From a virus (lineage: Duplodnaviria; Caudoviricetes), in the IMG/VR virus record IMGVR_UViG_3300029171_000032, positions 1 to 31,813 of that record: a DNA stretch of 31,813 nucleotides. The stretch is one strand, 5' to 3'. The notes beneath the pieces are model-generated. The model ran no database searches. It was not told where the DNA came from and saw nothing but the letters and a program-made list of their open reading frames with translations. Made by a program: the position numbers and the translations under genes. Positions within the stretch are counted from its first letter, which is position 1, and the number at the start of each line of letters is the position of its first letter. Below, in pieces: positions 1 to 9,137 of the stretch.

Positions 1-17
1 GTTTCCCAGTCACGATC
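1..17 (+). other. Random-amplification (Round A/B, SISPA-type) primer tag; library artefact
   Basis: Window begins exactly with GTTTCCCAGTCACGATC, the M13-derived tag of the primer GTTTCCCAGTCACGATC-N9. Confidence 0.9.
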
Positions 18-431
18 CAGCCGGGTGACTTTAATCCAAACACAGTTTCAACAATTAAATCAATGGGGTTTAAAACTGGCAGAACCACTATTTCACGCTC
101 ATACCCAATAATCCCAGAGCGTGGATACTTCCATCTTCAAGGGGAGGGGACGAGCTCATGGGCCAATGCAGCAGCAGGTATTGCCGCAGTTGATTCGGCT
201 ATAGCAAATGGCGGAACGCTAGTAATGTTCACTCACAGATTGCAGCCAGGAGTAAGCCCAACGCACACAGATACCACACTCTGGCAAACTGTGATAGATT
301 ATATTGCAACACAGCGCAATGCAGGAACAATAGATGTTTTGACGATGGAAGAGCTTTATGCTGCATCTGCGACAGCATCAGAATCAAGGCAATGCTTGAC
401 ATCATTAGGGTTAGTAAGAACAGTTAACTAA
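18..431 (+). CDS. 5'-truncated protein with C-terminal polysaccharide deacetylase (NodB/CE4-like) domain
   Basis: Frame is open upstream of ATG63 to the contig end; PGDFN...KSMGFKTGRT, AIANGGTLVMFTH and IDVLTMEELY resemble CE4 motifs 3-5 and the typical C-terminus. Confidence 0.65.
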   Translation, partial: QPGDFNPNTVSTIKSMGFKTGRTTISRSYPIIPERGYFHLQGEGTSSWANAAAGIAAVDSAIANGGTLVMFTHRLQPGVSPTHTDTTLWQTVIDYIATQRNAGTIDVLTMEELYAASATASESRQCLTSLGLVRTVN

Positions 432-453
432 GCGATAGTTATTATGATTGGTG

Positions 454-903
454 CTATTTTATTCTTACCCTGAAACCAACACCAACAAAGCTTTCAGGAA
501 CCCAAGTAACAACTAAACCGAACTTATCTGAATCAGGATGAACATCAACACCTAGATAACCAACAGGCGTTAACTTAGCTCCAATTTTATCTAGTTTGTC
601 GTAACCAGTAGCAACACCAGCGGAAGCCCAAGGACGAACATTTTTAGTTAGATCACTTTTCCATGTTCTAACGGCAATGATACTTTTTTCTCTAAGAGAG
701 TTTTGATGAATGTAGATAAGGGAGTATTTATCTGTGTTTACCCCTATCAACTCTTGAGAATCATTAAACGGCTGATACACTTTTTTGTGTTCGCCGCAAG
801 TTTCCCAGTTCCAGTTATCATGGAAGTGATGTGTTTTTTGTCCAACCATAAGATCCAAAGAAAAGGCATTGATGGGGAGTAAAAGTAAAAGTAATTTGAA
901 CAT
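454..903 (-). CDS. Exported PagP-like outer-membrane beta-barrel protein
   Basis: ATG903 with AGGAG RBS; signal peptide MFKLLLLLLPINAFS; THHF...FND..LIG...QNS...AGVATGY...TWVP pattern and an amphipathic C-terminal strand resemble PagP/CrcA-like proteins. Confidence 0.55.
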   Translation of the reverse strand: MFKLLLLLLPINAFSLDLMVGQKTHHFHDNWNWETCGEHKKVYQPFNDSQELIGVNTDKYSLIYIHQNSLREKSIIAVRTWKSDLTKNVRPWASAGVATGYDKLDKIGAKLTPVGYLGVDVHPDSDKFGLVVTWVPESFVGVGFRVRIK

Positions 904-930
904 GGTTATCTCCTGTGATGTTTTTAATAG

Positions 931-948
931 ATTAGCGCTAACCGTAAA
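931..948 (-). promoter_or_regulatory. Palindromic operator copy 1 in the leftward promoter region
   Basis: TTAGCGCTAACCGTAAA at 932-948 is identical to 25183-25199; the 13-mer core also occurs at 28071-28083. Confidence 0.7.
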
Positions 949-962
949 ATACACACAATTAA

Positions 963-990
963 TTTACAAAACTTTTCGATGCTGTATAAT
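963..990 (+). promoter_or_regulatory. Sigma70-like promoter for the terminase/late operon
   Basis: TTTACA(963-968)-N16-TATAAT(985-990) in an AT-rich intergenic region upstream of terS. Confidence 0.6.
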
Positions 991-1042
991 TCGTTTTAAA
1001 TTAATCTCAAATGAGACAGGCGAAATGCCAAAGGGGTAAACA

Positions 1043-1525
1043 ATGCCAGCGCCAAAGGGCAATCGTTTTTGGGAAGTAAGAAGTTCACACGGTAGAAAAC
1101 CAATATTCTCATCACCAGACCAACTCTGGGATGCAGCCACACAATACTTTCAATGGGTAGAAGACAACCCATTATGGTCATCAAAGACTGTCAACAATCA
1201 AGGTGTTCCATTAGATCTTCCAGAAGCAAAGATGCGTGCAATGACCATTCAAGGTCTATGCCTATTCCTTGACATATCTGAAGTGACATGGAGAGATTGG
1301 CGAACCAAAGAAGATTTTTCTTTTATCGTAAGCCAGATTGAGCGAGTGATCTATCAGCAGAAGCTCACTGGAGCCGCGGCAGACCTATTAAATTCAAACA
1401 TTATCGCAAGAGAGCTTGGTCTCAGTGACAAGAAAGAGACTAAGGCTACAATCGCATTAGAAGACCTTCCAGACGTAGAGCTTGAATCCAGAATTCAGGC
1501 ATTGGAAAACTTATTGAATATATGA
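1043..1525 (+). CDS. terS: Terminase small subunit, P22 gp3-like
   Basis: MPAPKGNRFWEVRSSHGRKP...KMRAMTIQGL...QKLTGAAADLLNSNIIARELGL closely follows P22 gp3. Confidence 0.93.
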   Translation: MPAPKGNRFWEVRSSHGRKPIFSSPDQLWDAATQYFQWVEDNPLWSSKTVNNQGVPLDLPEAKMRAMTIQGLCLFLDISEVTWRDWRTKEDFSFIVSQIERVIYQQKLTGAAADLLNSNIIARELGLSDKKETKATIALEDLPDVELESRIQALENLLNI

Positions 1526-2955
1526 GTCGAGCAGCCAAGCTTGAATACCTTACGCTGCTTGAAGAAAAGGCAAGGCGTAAGCACAACAACAAACTGGTTG
1601 ACACTTATAAATCTCTGTATGGATGGCAGAAGCAATTCAACGCAGCAACAAAGGACAATGATTTTTGTCTGTTGATGGCAGCCAACCAAGTTGGTAAGTC
1701 ACTGACGGGATGTTTGATTGATGCCTGCCATTTAACCGGTGAGTATCCAGAAGGGTGGGAAGGTCATAGATTTGAATTTGCTCCAAGAATTTGGCTGCTT
1801 GGGTATTCGATGGAGAAGACCCGCGACCTGCTGCAAGAAAAGCTATTTGGTAAATATCACGAGGGCAAGTTCCCTGGCGGATATGTAAGGGCAGATTTGA
1901 TCACTGGACACATTGGCGCAACTGGGACGACCAACGCAATGCGAGAGGTTCAGGTTAAGCATACGTCTGGCGGGACAGCAGTAGTACAATTCTGGAGTTA
2001 TTCACAAGGAGAGCACGCATTAATGGGCGATGTCGTTGATTTTTTTCACATCGATGAAGAGCCAAGAGACGCCGCAATCTATCCACAGGTTATCACAAGG
2101 ACAATCAACGGGAATAAGGGAAAGGGTGGCAAAGGCATCTTGACATTTACCCCTGAAAATGGTCGTACGGAATTAGTTATTCAGTTCATGGATAACGCAA
2201 CGAAAGGACAGTATTACCAAAGGGTAGAGTGGAAGGATGCGCCACACATTACACCAGAAAAAGCCGAGAAGATGCTGGATCAGTACCCAGCTTGGCAAAG
2301 AGACATGAGAACAAAGGGGCTTCCGTTGCTTGGAACTGGTTTGATTTTTGATTTGGATATGGATGCTTGCAAGGTTAAGGCTTTCGAATGTCCAGAACAT
2401 TGGCTTGTTATTAACGGCATGGACTTTGGCTGGGATCACCCACAAGCACACGTTCAATTATGGATCAATCCAGATGAATGGTGCATATATGTGGCAAGAG
2501 CGACAAAGGCAAGCAAGAAACAACCTTATGAAATGTGGGAGATAGTCAAGTCGTGGTCTAAAGGCGTTCCAACCTCATGGCCTGCTGATGGATTTGCAAC
2601 TGAGAAGGGAAGCGGGAAGACTCAGAAGTCATATTATGAAGATGCTGGATGGGAAATGTTATTCGAGCAAGCCAAGTGGCCGAGCGGCGGTAACAGCGTA
2701 GAACAGGGATTGATTGAGATATACAAACTAATCCAGCTTGGGCAATTTAAAATATTTGATCATCTTTCTGGTGTTTTTGAAGAGTTTTCGCAGTATCACA
2801 GAGATGATAATGGTAAAATAGTCAAGGTTGCTGATGACCTTTTGGATGCTATACGATACGCTTACATGATGAGACGCCATGCAATAAGGAAGTGCGACAT
2901 TGGCGTTATAGACGACGATGACGACAACCATCACGAAGACGGGAAATGGTATTGA
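1522..2955 (+). CDS. terL: Terminase large subunit, P22 gp2-like
   Basis: Walker A MAANQVGKS, Walker B FFHIDEEP, coupling motif TFTPENG, nuclease motifs GMDFGWDHP and DDLLDAIRYA; ATGA overlap with terS. Confidence 0.95.
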   Translation: MSRAAKLEYLTLLEEKARRKHNNKLVDTYKSLYGWQKQFNAATKDNDFCLLMAANQVGKSLTGCLIDACHLTGEYPEGWEGHRFEFAPRIWLLGYSMEKTRDLLQEKLFGKYHEGKFPGGYVRADLITGHIGATGTTNAMREVQVKHTSGGTAVVQFWSYSQGEHALMGDVVDFFHIDEEPRDAAIYPQVITRTINGNKGKGGKGILTFTPENGRTELVIQFMDNATKGQYYQRVEWKDAPHITPEKAEKMLDQYPAWQRDMRTKGLPLLGTGLIFDLDMDACKVKAFECPEHWLVINGMDFGWDHPQAHVQLWINPDEWCIYVARATKASKKQPYEMWEIVKSWSKGVPTSWPADGFATEKGSGKTQKSYYEDAGWEMLFEQAKWPSGGNSVEQGLIEIYKLIQLGQFKIFDHLSGVFEEFSQYHRDDNGKIVKVADDLLDAIRYAYMMRRHAIRKCDIGVIDDDDDNHHEDGKWY

Positions 2956-2956
2956 T

Positions 2957-5251
2957 ATGAGTTTGAATAGCATAGTAAACAGAATCGGCAAGGCCAATAT
3001 TGCTTCTGATATTTCTGTCGATAAATTAAATCTCATTGCTGATGAAGTAATTGAGAGGGCCAATCAAGACAGTCGATCAATGTCTGAGTGGATTGATGCA
3101 GTAAAGGAAGGTATTGAATTATGCAAGCCTGAATTTAAATCCAAAGATACGCCTTGGCCTAATGCAGCAAACTTCAAGGCCACGATACTAAGCGAGGCAG
3201 CAAATAGTTTTGGCAACCGTGCAAGCGTAGAGATAATGCGTGACCCTAAGTTGGTGAAGTCTGAGATTATCGGACTGACTACTATCAAGAATGTGATCGA
3301 CAAGAAAGCCTCTGAGGTGTCTCGCTGGAAAGATCAGGTTGAATCTGTTATGCAGCAGATGCAAGAGCTTGATCCAAATGACCCACAGGTTCAGAAGATG
3401 CAGAAGGTTGCTGAAGAAATTCAGGCCAAAGTTGCTGAGAACATGGATACTATCAAGCGCAAGAAAGAAGACATGCGCAAGAAAAGCGAGCGAGCCGATC
3501 GAGTTTCAGAGCTGATGAATTGGCAGGTCAACTCCAAGATGGAGGAATGGCGATCTGATCAAAAACGATTGATGTATTCACTCCCCAATGTTGGATGTTT
3601 GTTCAAAAAGACTTATTACGACGAGACATTAGGTCGTTGCGTATCGAAGACAATTAACTTCCCTGACTTTCTGATCAACCAGAAAACCTCTTGCATGAAG
3701 ACATGCCGGTCATTTACTCATATCATTGCCTTTACTAAAGCTGAGGCTGATCTGCGTGTTGCTCAGGGTATTTGGTTAGATCCAAAGGTCTACACCGACG
3801 AAGATACTGGTGATGCTGGCAGTAATGAGGCAGCTGAATCAAACACTGAGGACAACGAGAACAAATTCTACGAACAATACTGCTGGATCGATCTGGATCA
3901 GGACGGGGTTGAAGAGCCCTATATCGTCACTGTCCACGTGGGCTCTTGTAAGGTTGTTCGAATAGTTGCCAGATACGACGAAGATACAATCATCGTTAAG
4001 GCTGACGGCATCAAGCCACTGCCATTGATTGACGCACAGAAGAAGCGCGCAAAAATGATCATGGCTGAGAATCAGGAATACAACACAGCCACACCTATTC
4101 CAGATCCTGAAGATTTGAGCGAATACTCACTGGTTAGAATCGAACCAGTAGGAATTATCACCAAGTACGGCATGATCCCAAGTGCTAACGGTGATTTCCT
4201 TGACGTTGGTTTCTATCACCTAATTGGCTCTATGACCGCCGGGGTGAACAAGACGACCAACGACCTGTTAAACAGTGGAACTCTTGCCAATACTCAGTCG
4301 GGAATGGTTGCTAAGGGATTCCTGAGAAAAGGTGGCGAGGTAAAATTGCAGCCTGGGCGATTCATTCAAACCGAAATGCCTCCAGAGTTATTGGCAACTT
4401 CAGTTATGCGTCTTCCATTTGGGGAGCCAAGCGTTACCTTATTCCAACTCAACGAGAAGATGGAACAAACAGCACGCGGGTTTAGTGCTAACGCTGATGT
4501 GGGCGGGCAAATCCAATCGAACACAGCTCCAACTACTGCCCTTGCTATGATTCAAGAGAACATGATCCCGCACACTGCGCACATGAGTATGATCATCGAT
4601 TCAATGTCTCATGAGTTCGGTATTCTATTCGCGTTAAACCGCACCTATCTTGACCCTGATGAATACAAAGAAGTTGTTGGTGATGATGAGGCTGTATTCT
4701 CTGAAGACTTTGAGACTGACGGGCTATCTATTAAGTGTGGTGCAAACCCTGAAATGTCATCCAAGATGCAAAGAATGATGCTGGCTACTGCTGAGCTTGA
4801 GCAAGTTGATCGTGTTATTCAGGCTGGCGGCAATCCGGTACCTATTATTAAGGGTTACTACAAGCGAATCGGCTCTGAAAACCTTGATGAAATCTTCCCG
4901 AATGAAGCTGAAATGTCACCAGAAGAAAAGCAACAGATGGAAATGATGCGTCAACAGCAAGAATACGCCAATCAATTAGCTGAGAAACAAGTTCAGCTGA
5001 TTGAACTGCAAACCCAGTTGTTACAAGCTGGCGAGAAGCGTAAAGACTTTGAGGCACAGATAAAGGCGCAAGAAACTACAGCTAATATGGATCTAACACT
5101 TGAGCAAGTAGAAGAAACGAAATCCAAAACTGTTTTGAACTACGAGAAAGCCGAAAGTGAACAGGTTAAAAACCAAATCTCTACCTATACCGCACTCAAT
5201 GAAGTGACGGCGAAAGAGGAAGAGTTAGGTATGATGAGAGATTTTGACTGA
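2957..5251 (+). CDS. Portal protein (large podoviral type)
   Basis: Follows terL; about 764 aa from ATG2957; TPWPNAAN, G..FKKTYYD, DLDQDGVEEPYIVTVH, GTLANTQSG; coiled-coil C-terminus. Confidence 0.9.
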   Translation: MSLNSIVNRIGKANIASDISVDKLNLIADEVIERANQDSRSMSEWIDAVKEGIELCKPEFKSKDTPWPNAANFKATILSEAANSFGNRASVEIMRDPKLVKSEIIGLTTIKNVIDKKASEVSRWKDQVESVMQQMQELDPNDPQVQKMQKVAEEIQAKVAENMDTIKRKKEDMRKKSERADRVSELMNWQVNSKMEEWRSDQKRLMYSLPNVGCLFKKTYYDETLGRCVSKTINFPDFLINQKTSCMKTCRSFTHIIAFTKAEADLRVAQGIWLDPKVYTDEDTGDAGSNEAAESNTEDNENKFYEQYCWIDLDQDGVEEPYIVTVHVGSCKVVRIVARYDEDTIIVKADGIKPLPLIDAQKKRAKMIMAENQEYNTATPIPDPEDLSEYSLVRIEPVGIITKYGMIPSANGDFLDVGFYHLIGSMTAGVNKTTNDLLNSGTLANTQSGMVAKGFLRKGGEVKLQPGRFIQTEMPPELLATSVMRLPFGEPSVTLFQLNEKMEQTARGFSANADVGGQIQSNTAPTTALAMIQENMIPHTAHMSMIIDSMSHEFGILFALNRTYLDPDEYKEVVGDDEAVFSEDFETDGLSIKCGANPEMSSKMQRMMLATAELEQVDRVIQAGGNPVPIIKGYYKRIGSENLDEIFPNEAEMSPEEKQQMEMMRQQQEYANQLAEKQVQLIELQTQLLQAGEKRKDFEAQIKAQETTANMDLTLEQVEETKSKTVLNYEKAESEQVKNQISTYTALNEVTAKEEELGMMRDFD

Positions 5252-5439
5252 TGAGCATATATGATTTTAAATGTATGGAAGGCATTGATAGAAATAAAAT
5301 GCTTGAACTGATTGGTGGCGTCATTGAAGGGAATAGTAATGCCATACATGAATATTCAAAAATTAGAGCAAATCTGGCGATGGGATCATTGGATTATGTT
5401 TTTAATGCACATAATAACGAACAGAGAAATTCTGACTGA
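5251..5439 (+). CDS. Hypothetical protein
   Basis: TGATG coupling to the portal gene and to the next gene. Confidence 0.6.
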   Translation: MSIYDFKCMEGIDRNKMLELIGGVIEGNSNAIHEYSKIRANLAMGSLDYVFNAHNNEQRNSD

Positions 5440-5663
5440 TGAACATCACTAAAGACGATTACGAAGTATGGAAAGACAACCATGTAACAAAGCAATTTAT
5501 GCTTGAGATACTGGAAGATCTGGAAATACTCAGAAACATGCGGATAGTCGGCGATCATGAACAGATGATTCGGCTAGCCCATGAGCGCAACGCCAATATG
5601 CTTACACTTGGCAGCATCATTAGCTGGAAACCAGCGGAACTTAACGAGGAAACCAATGATTAA
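5439..5663 (+). CDS. Hypothetical head-region protein
   Basis: Translationally coupled; ITKDDYEVWKDNHVTK resembles small proteins found between portal and GroES genes. Confidence 0.7.
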   Translation: MNITKDDYEVWKDNHVTKQFMLEILEDLEILRNMRIVGDHEQMIRLAHERNANMLTLGSIISWKPAELNEETND

Positions 5664-6036
5664 TATCAAACCAACTGGTCACTACGTTTTAATTGAGTTA
5701 ATAGAGGTAAAACCAGTCAGTGCAGGCGGGATTATTCTCACCAGCGTACAGAAAGAACAGAAGGCTACGCAGTTTGCCAAGGTGTTAGCTATTGGCCCAA
5801 CTGCTTTTATTGGTGTTGAAGGCTGCGACCCTCGCACTTATGCAAATGATCACCCTAACTCGAAGAAAGACCCGCACCAAATCTGGGGGCTTGAGATAGG
5901 CGCTATCGTTGGATTTGCTCGCTATGAAGGTCAGGATATTGTCGCATCAGGCGTAGAGAGATTACGTGTTATACCTGACACACAACTTACCTACACCGTA
6001 ACCGGTGAGATTGAAATAACCAAAGCTGATTTTTAA
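5656..6036 (+). CDS. groES: Co-chaperonin GroES (Cpn10)-like protein
   Basis: IKPTGHYVLIE, mobile loop SAGGIIL, KVLAIGP, IGAIVGFARYEG; GAGG RBS before ATG5656. Confidence 0.88.
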   Translation: MINIKPTGHYVLIELIEVKPVSAGGIILTSVQKEQKATQFAKVLAIGPTAFIGVEGCDPRTYANDHPNSKKDPHQIWGLEIGAIVGFARYEGQDIVASGVERLRVIPDTQLTYTVTGEIEITKADF

Positions 6037-6049
6037 CTGAGGCATATTT

Positions 6050-6121
6050 ATGGCAGCCCCAATGAAAAGCACAAACTGTGTAGAAAAACTATTTAAAATA
6101 GTTCGCGATCGATCTAGATAA
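6050..6121 (+). CDS. Possible 23-aa small ORF (MAAPMKSTNCVEKLFKIVRDRSR)
   Basis: GAGG RBS; fills the GroES-scaffold gap. Confidence 0.3.
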   Translation: MAAPMKSTNCVEKLFKIVRDRSR

Positions 6122-6150
6122 ATATTTCAAACCAACCGAGGATAATTCCT

Positions 6151-6984
6151 ATGTCTGAAGAAATTCAAGACGTTTTCGAAGATGTGCTAGATGAAGAATT
6201 GTTACAAGAAGTAACAGAAGAGAAGCAAGAGGAGAAGCAGGAAGAAAAGCCTAGCAGATACCTAACAAAAGAACAGTGGGAAGCATCGGGGAAAAATCCT
6301 GATGAGTGGGTTTCTGAGGATGTGTTTAATGAGCGCACATTACGAATTAAAAATGAGCAGCGATTAAAGCGACAGCTGGCAGATAAAGAAAGGCAGATTG
6401 CCGATAAAGATAGAGACTTTGATAACCGTCTTAGGAATGTCAATTTATTAGCACAGGCTCAGTTATCGCGTCAGCGTGAGGAGTTACTAGCCAGGCGCGA
6501 TGATGCAATCGACGTAGCTAATAAGGCAGAGGTTAAGCGTTTAGACAAACAAATCTCTGATCTTGACAAAGAGGCTGAATTAGTCGCAGATAAGCCAGCC
6601 GCCCCCAACAAGCCACCTGAAGTTGTGGAGTGGGAAGAAGAGAACGAGTGGATCAATGATATTTCAGACCCTCGAACTCCCATTGCACAAAAGGCATTCC
6701 AAGAGGCTGTCAGTAGCGGAAAGACTATAGCTTACGCACTGAGAATGGCCGATAAAGCTATTACGGCTGCCAAGCAAGAGATGCCGGAGATTACCAAAAA
6801 GAAGCCTGCGCAAATGGTTGACTCACCTAAAGCAGCTGTTGGTGTTAGTAATGACACGGCAACATTGAGTTGGAATCAGCTCAAGCGTGAAGAAATTGAT
6901 GTTTACGAAGAGTTGTTCGAACACGCAGGCATGAGCAAGAAAGATTATCTTAAAGCAGTCGCTGATCAGCGCAAAGGGGCATAA
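6151..6984 (+). CDS. Probable capsid scaffolding protein
   Basis: Acidic N-terminus and long charged coiled coil, located between portal and major capsid genes. Confidence 0.7.
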   Translation: MSEEIQDVFEDVLDEELLQEVTEEKQEEKQEEKPSRYLTKEQWEASGKNPDEWVSEDVFNERTLRIKNEQRLKRQLADKERQIADKDRDFDNRLRNVNLLAQAQLSRQREELLARRDDAIDVANKAEVKRLDKQISDLDKEAELVADKPAAPNKPPEVVEWEEENEWINDISDPRTPIAQKAFQEAVSSGKTIAYALRMADKAITAAKQEMPEITKKKPAQMVDSPKAAVGVSNDTATLSWNQLKREEIDVYEELFEHAGMSKKDYLKAVADQRKGA

Positions 6985-6985
6985 C

Positions 6986-7498
6986 ATGAGTGAAGAAACT
7001 GGTTTGATTATTGGTGATACAGCAAAAGCAGCAGGTCGCGGTCGATCAACAGCGAAGATGACGGCAAAAGCAGCGGATAACTTGCGCACTGATACTGATG
7101 CAAGAGTGAAGTTCAAGCGTGATGCATACACTGAGCGCCATAACTCTGCCGATCTTGAGCTGAACTTAAGTGTTCCTCCTGGCACCGTACCAAATGGCTA
7201 CACTGGTTTATGGGTTCTTGATACTGGTAAAGGTGAAGTTGAGCAAAAGCTTGCTGAATGGTGGGGTCATGTAACGGATGCTCAAGGGGTTAACATTTCT
7301 CGCCCTTCTGCTGGCAGAACACAGTACTTGATGGCAATTGAAACAGAGCTTAAGCAAGAGATTGATGATTTGCAAATGAAAAAGTATCGTGATAGTATTG
7401 GGGAAAATGACGACCTTGGTGTTAAAGGCGTCGAATCCTATACGCCAAAAGGCGAGACAAACAAAATCAAGGTCACATCTGACCCCTTCGCTATGTAA
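6986..7498 (+). CDS. Hypothetical head-region protein
   Basis: Full ORF with RBS inside the head operon. Confidence 0.75.
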   Translation: MSEETGLIIGDTAKAAGRGRSTAKMTAKAADNLRTDTDARVKFKRDAYTERHNSADLELNLSVPPGTVPNGYTGLWVLDTGKGEVEQKLAEWWGHVTDAQGVNISRPSAGRTQYLMAIETELKQEIDDLQMKKYRDSIGENDDLGVKGVESYTPKGETNKIKVTSDPFAM

Positions 7499-7516
7499 CT
7501 GCAAGACCCGTTTCAG

Positions 7517-7588
7517 GCGGCAGACCTGCCGGAATTGAACGTAGAGATTTCAATCATTCTATTAATTCATTTTTGGAGGTCTGTTATG
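7517..7588 (+). promoter_or_regulatory. Structured leader able to occlude the RBS of the capsid-accessory gene
   Basis: CAGACCT(7521-7527) is complementary to AGGTCTG(7578-7584), which overlaps the SD GGAGGT; competing hairpin CGGCA-GACC-TGCCG. Confidence 0.45.
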
Positions 7589-8140
7589 GCCGGTGGATTC
7601 CGTTGGATCGGCTCTCAGAGCGATGATCCCCGTGGTAAAGTTAAAAAATTCCCTGTAGCTTCTGGTCACGCAACTCGCTTGGCGATTGGTGATGTAGTTG
7701 TTATCACTAATACTGGTGATGCCAATGGCAACCAGTTAGTCGACGCTGCTGCGGCTGGCGCTGCTGTCAGTGGGGTAATCGTAGGTATCGTTCCCAATTT
7801 CTCAACAGAATCATTTACTGATCTTGGCTTGCCTGCTTCTACTGCTGGCGAGGTTCTGGTTAATATTGATCCTCGTGCTGAATACGAAGTTGATGTTTCA
7901 AATGGCCCGTTTGTTGTTGCTGACGTTGGTCTTAATACTCCCTTGGTTGCTACTGCTGCAACTGTATCGGGTGGATTAACGATTTCCAACATGACAGTAA
8001 ACCGAACTGGTATAGCTACCACTGCCGCTACTGAATTCCGTATTAGCCGTTTATTGGTTGGCGATGATGGAGTTTTAGGTAGTAAAGCGGTTGTAACTAT
8101 TAATAACTCAACCAATATAGCTGGCGCAGCGGGAGTATAA
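7586..8140 (+). CDS. Probable capsid decoration/cement protein
   Basis: GGAGG RBS before ATG7586; Gly/Ala/Val-rich beta protein directly upstream of the major capsid gene. Confidence 0.7.
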   Translation: MAGGFRWIGSQSDDPRGKVKKFPVASGHATRLAIGDVVVITNTGDANGNQLVDAAAAGAAVSGVIVGIVPNFSTESFTDLGLPASTAGEVLVNIDPRAEYEVDVSNGPFVVADVGLNTPLVATAATVSGGLTISNMTVNRTGIATTAATEFRISRLLVGDDGVLGSKAVVTINNSTNIAGAAGV

Positions 8141-8142
8141 CC

Positions 8143-9060
8143 ATGACCGGAACTATTAATTCAGGATCGGCACCACGTTTACTGCAACTAGGTGTAAAAG
8201 CGGTTTGGGATAATGCAAACAAAGAATGGGAACCAATGTATCCCAAGCTTTATGATGTACAAAAAGCATCCAAAGGTGCTTATGAGCTGACTGTTCAAAT
8301 GTCTAATATGGGTCTTGCCAGCGTGAAAAACGAAGGTGATGACATTCAGATGGATTCAGCCAAACAATTGTTTGCGCCGAAGTTTGTGCACGTTGCATAC
8401 GGTAAAGGTTTCGTTGTTACTCGTGAAGCAATTGACGATAACAAATACAACTACTACCGCAAAGGCGCCCAAGCTCTTAACCGCTCAATGAACATCACTC
8501 GTGAAGTTCGTGCACACGTTTTGTATAACACTGCATTTACCACTGCTTCTGCCATGACTGGTGGTGATGGTATTGCAATGGTATCCACTTCGCACTTGAA
8601 TGGTAATGGTGGTACATACTCAAACAGATTGGCTATTGATGCAAACTTCTCCGAAGCTGCATTGGAAGATATGTTGAAATTGATTATGCGCGCTAAAGAT
8701 GATCGTGGTCTTGCCCGTAAGTTGTTGCCAAAAACTTTGATTGGTCACACTGATCAGATGTTTGAATTCGATCGCGTGTTGAACTCAAATCTTCGCAGTG
8801 GCACAGCTGACAATGACAAGAACGCAGTTAAAGGCACTATCTCTGGCGGTTATGTGCTGTCACCTTACCTTGATGGCAACACCAAGGCTTGGTTCATCCG
8901 TACTGACGCTGACGAAGGTATGACTTTCTATGATCGAGTTCCTTTAGAGTTCGGTGAAGATATGGACTTTGGCACTTATAACCAACGCTACAAGGCTTAC
9001 ATGCGCTTTAGCACTGGTTACAGTGATCCGCAAGGCATCTTCGGCACCCAAGGCGCTTAA
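8143..9060 (+). CDS. Major capsid protein (Mu gpT-like family)
   Basis: 305 aa; YGKGFVVTREAIDDN, GGDGIAMVSTSH, AWFIRTD, YMRFSTGYSDPQGIFGTQGA; followed by a strong terminator. Confidence 0.9.
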   Translation: MTGTINSGSAPRLLQLGVKAVWDNANKEWEPMYPKLYDVQKASKGAYELTVQMSNMGLASVKNEGDDIQMDSAKQLFAPKFVHVAYGKGFVVTREAIDDNKYNYYRKGAQALNRSMNITREVRAHVLYNTAFTTASAMTGGDGIAMVSTSHLNGNGGTYSNRLAIDANFSEAALEDMLKLIMRAKDDRGLARKLLPKTLIGHTDQMFEFDRVLNSNLRSGTADNDKNAVKGTISGGYVLSPYLDGNTKAWFIRTDADEGMTFYDRVPLEFGEDMDFGTYNQRYKAYMRFSTGYSDPQGIFGTQGA

Positions 9061-9065
9061 TAATT

Positions 9066-9084
9066 GGGGCTTCGGCCCCTTTTT
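9066..9084 (+). terminator. Rho-independent terminator after the capsid gene
   Basis: GGGGC-TTCG-GCCCC followed by TTTTT. Confidence 0.9.
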
Positions 9085-9137
9085 ACAAACACAGAATTTT
9101 TCATTTAGACCGCACTGCGGTTCTGTAGGAGTTTCAA

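Noticed and set aside
1006-1030. Small hairpins in the terS leader as antitermination signals
   Set aside because: Stems of only 3-5 bp, no boxA, and no N- or Q-like gene recognised
9040-9065. Programmed frameshift or readthrough extending the capsid protein
   Set aside because: Tandem TAA TAA, no slippery heptamer, and an immediate strong terminator
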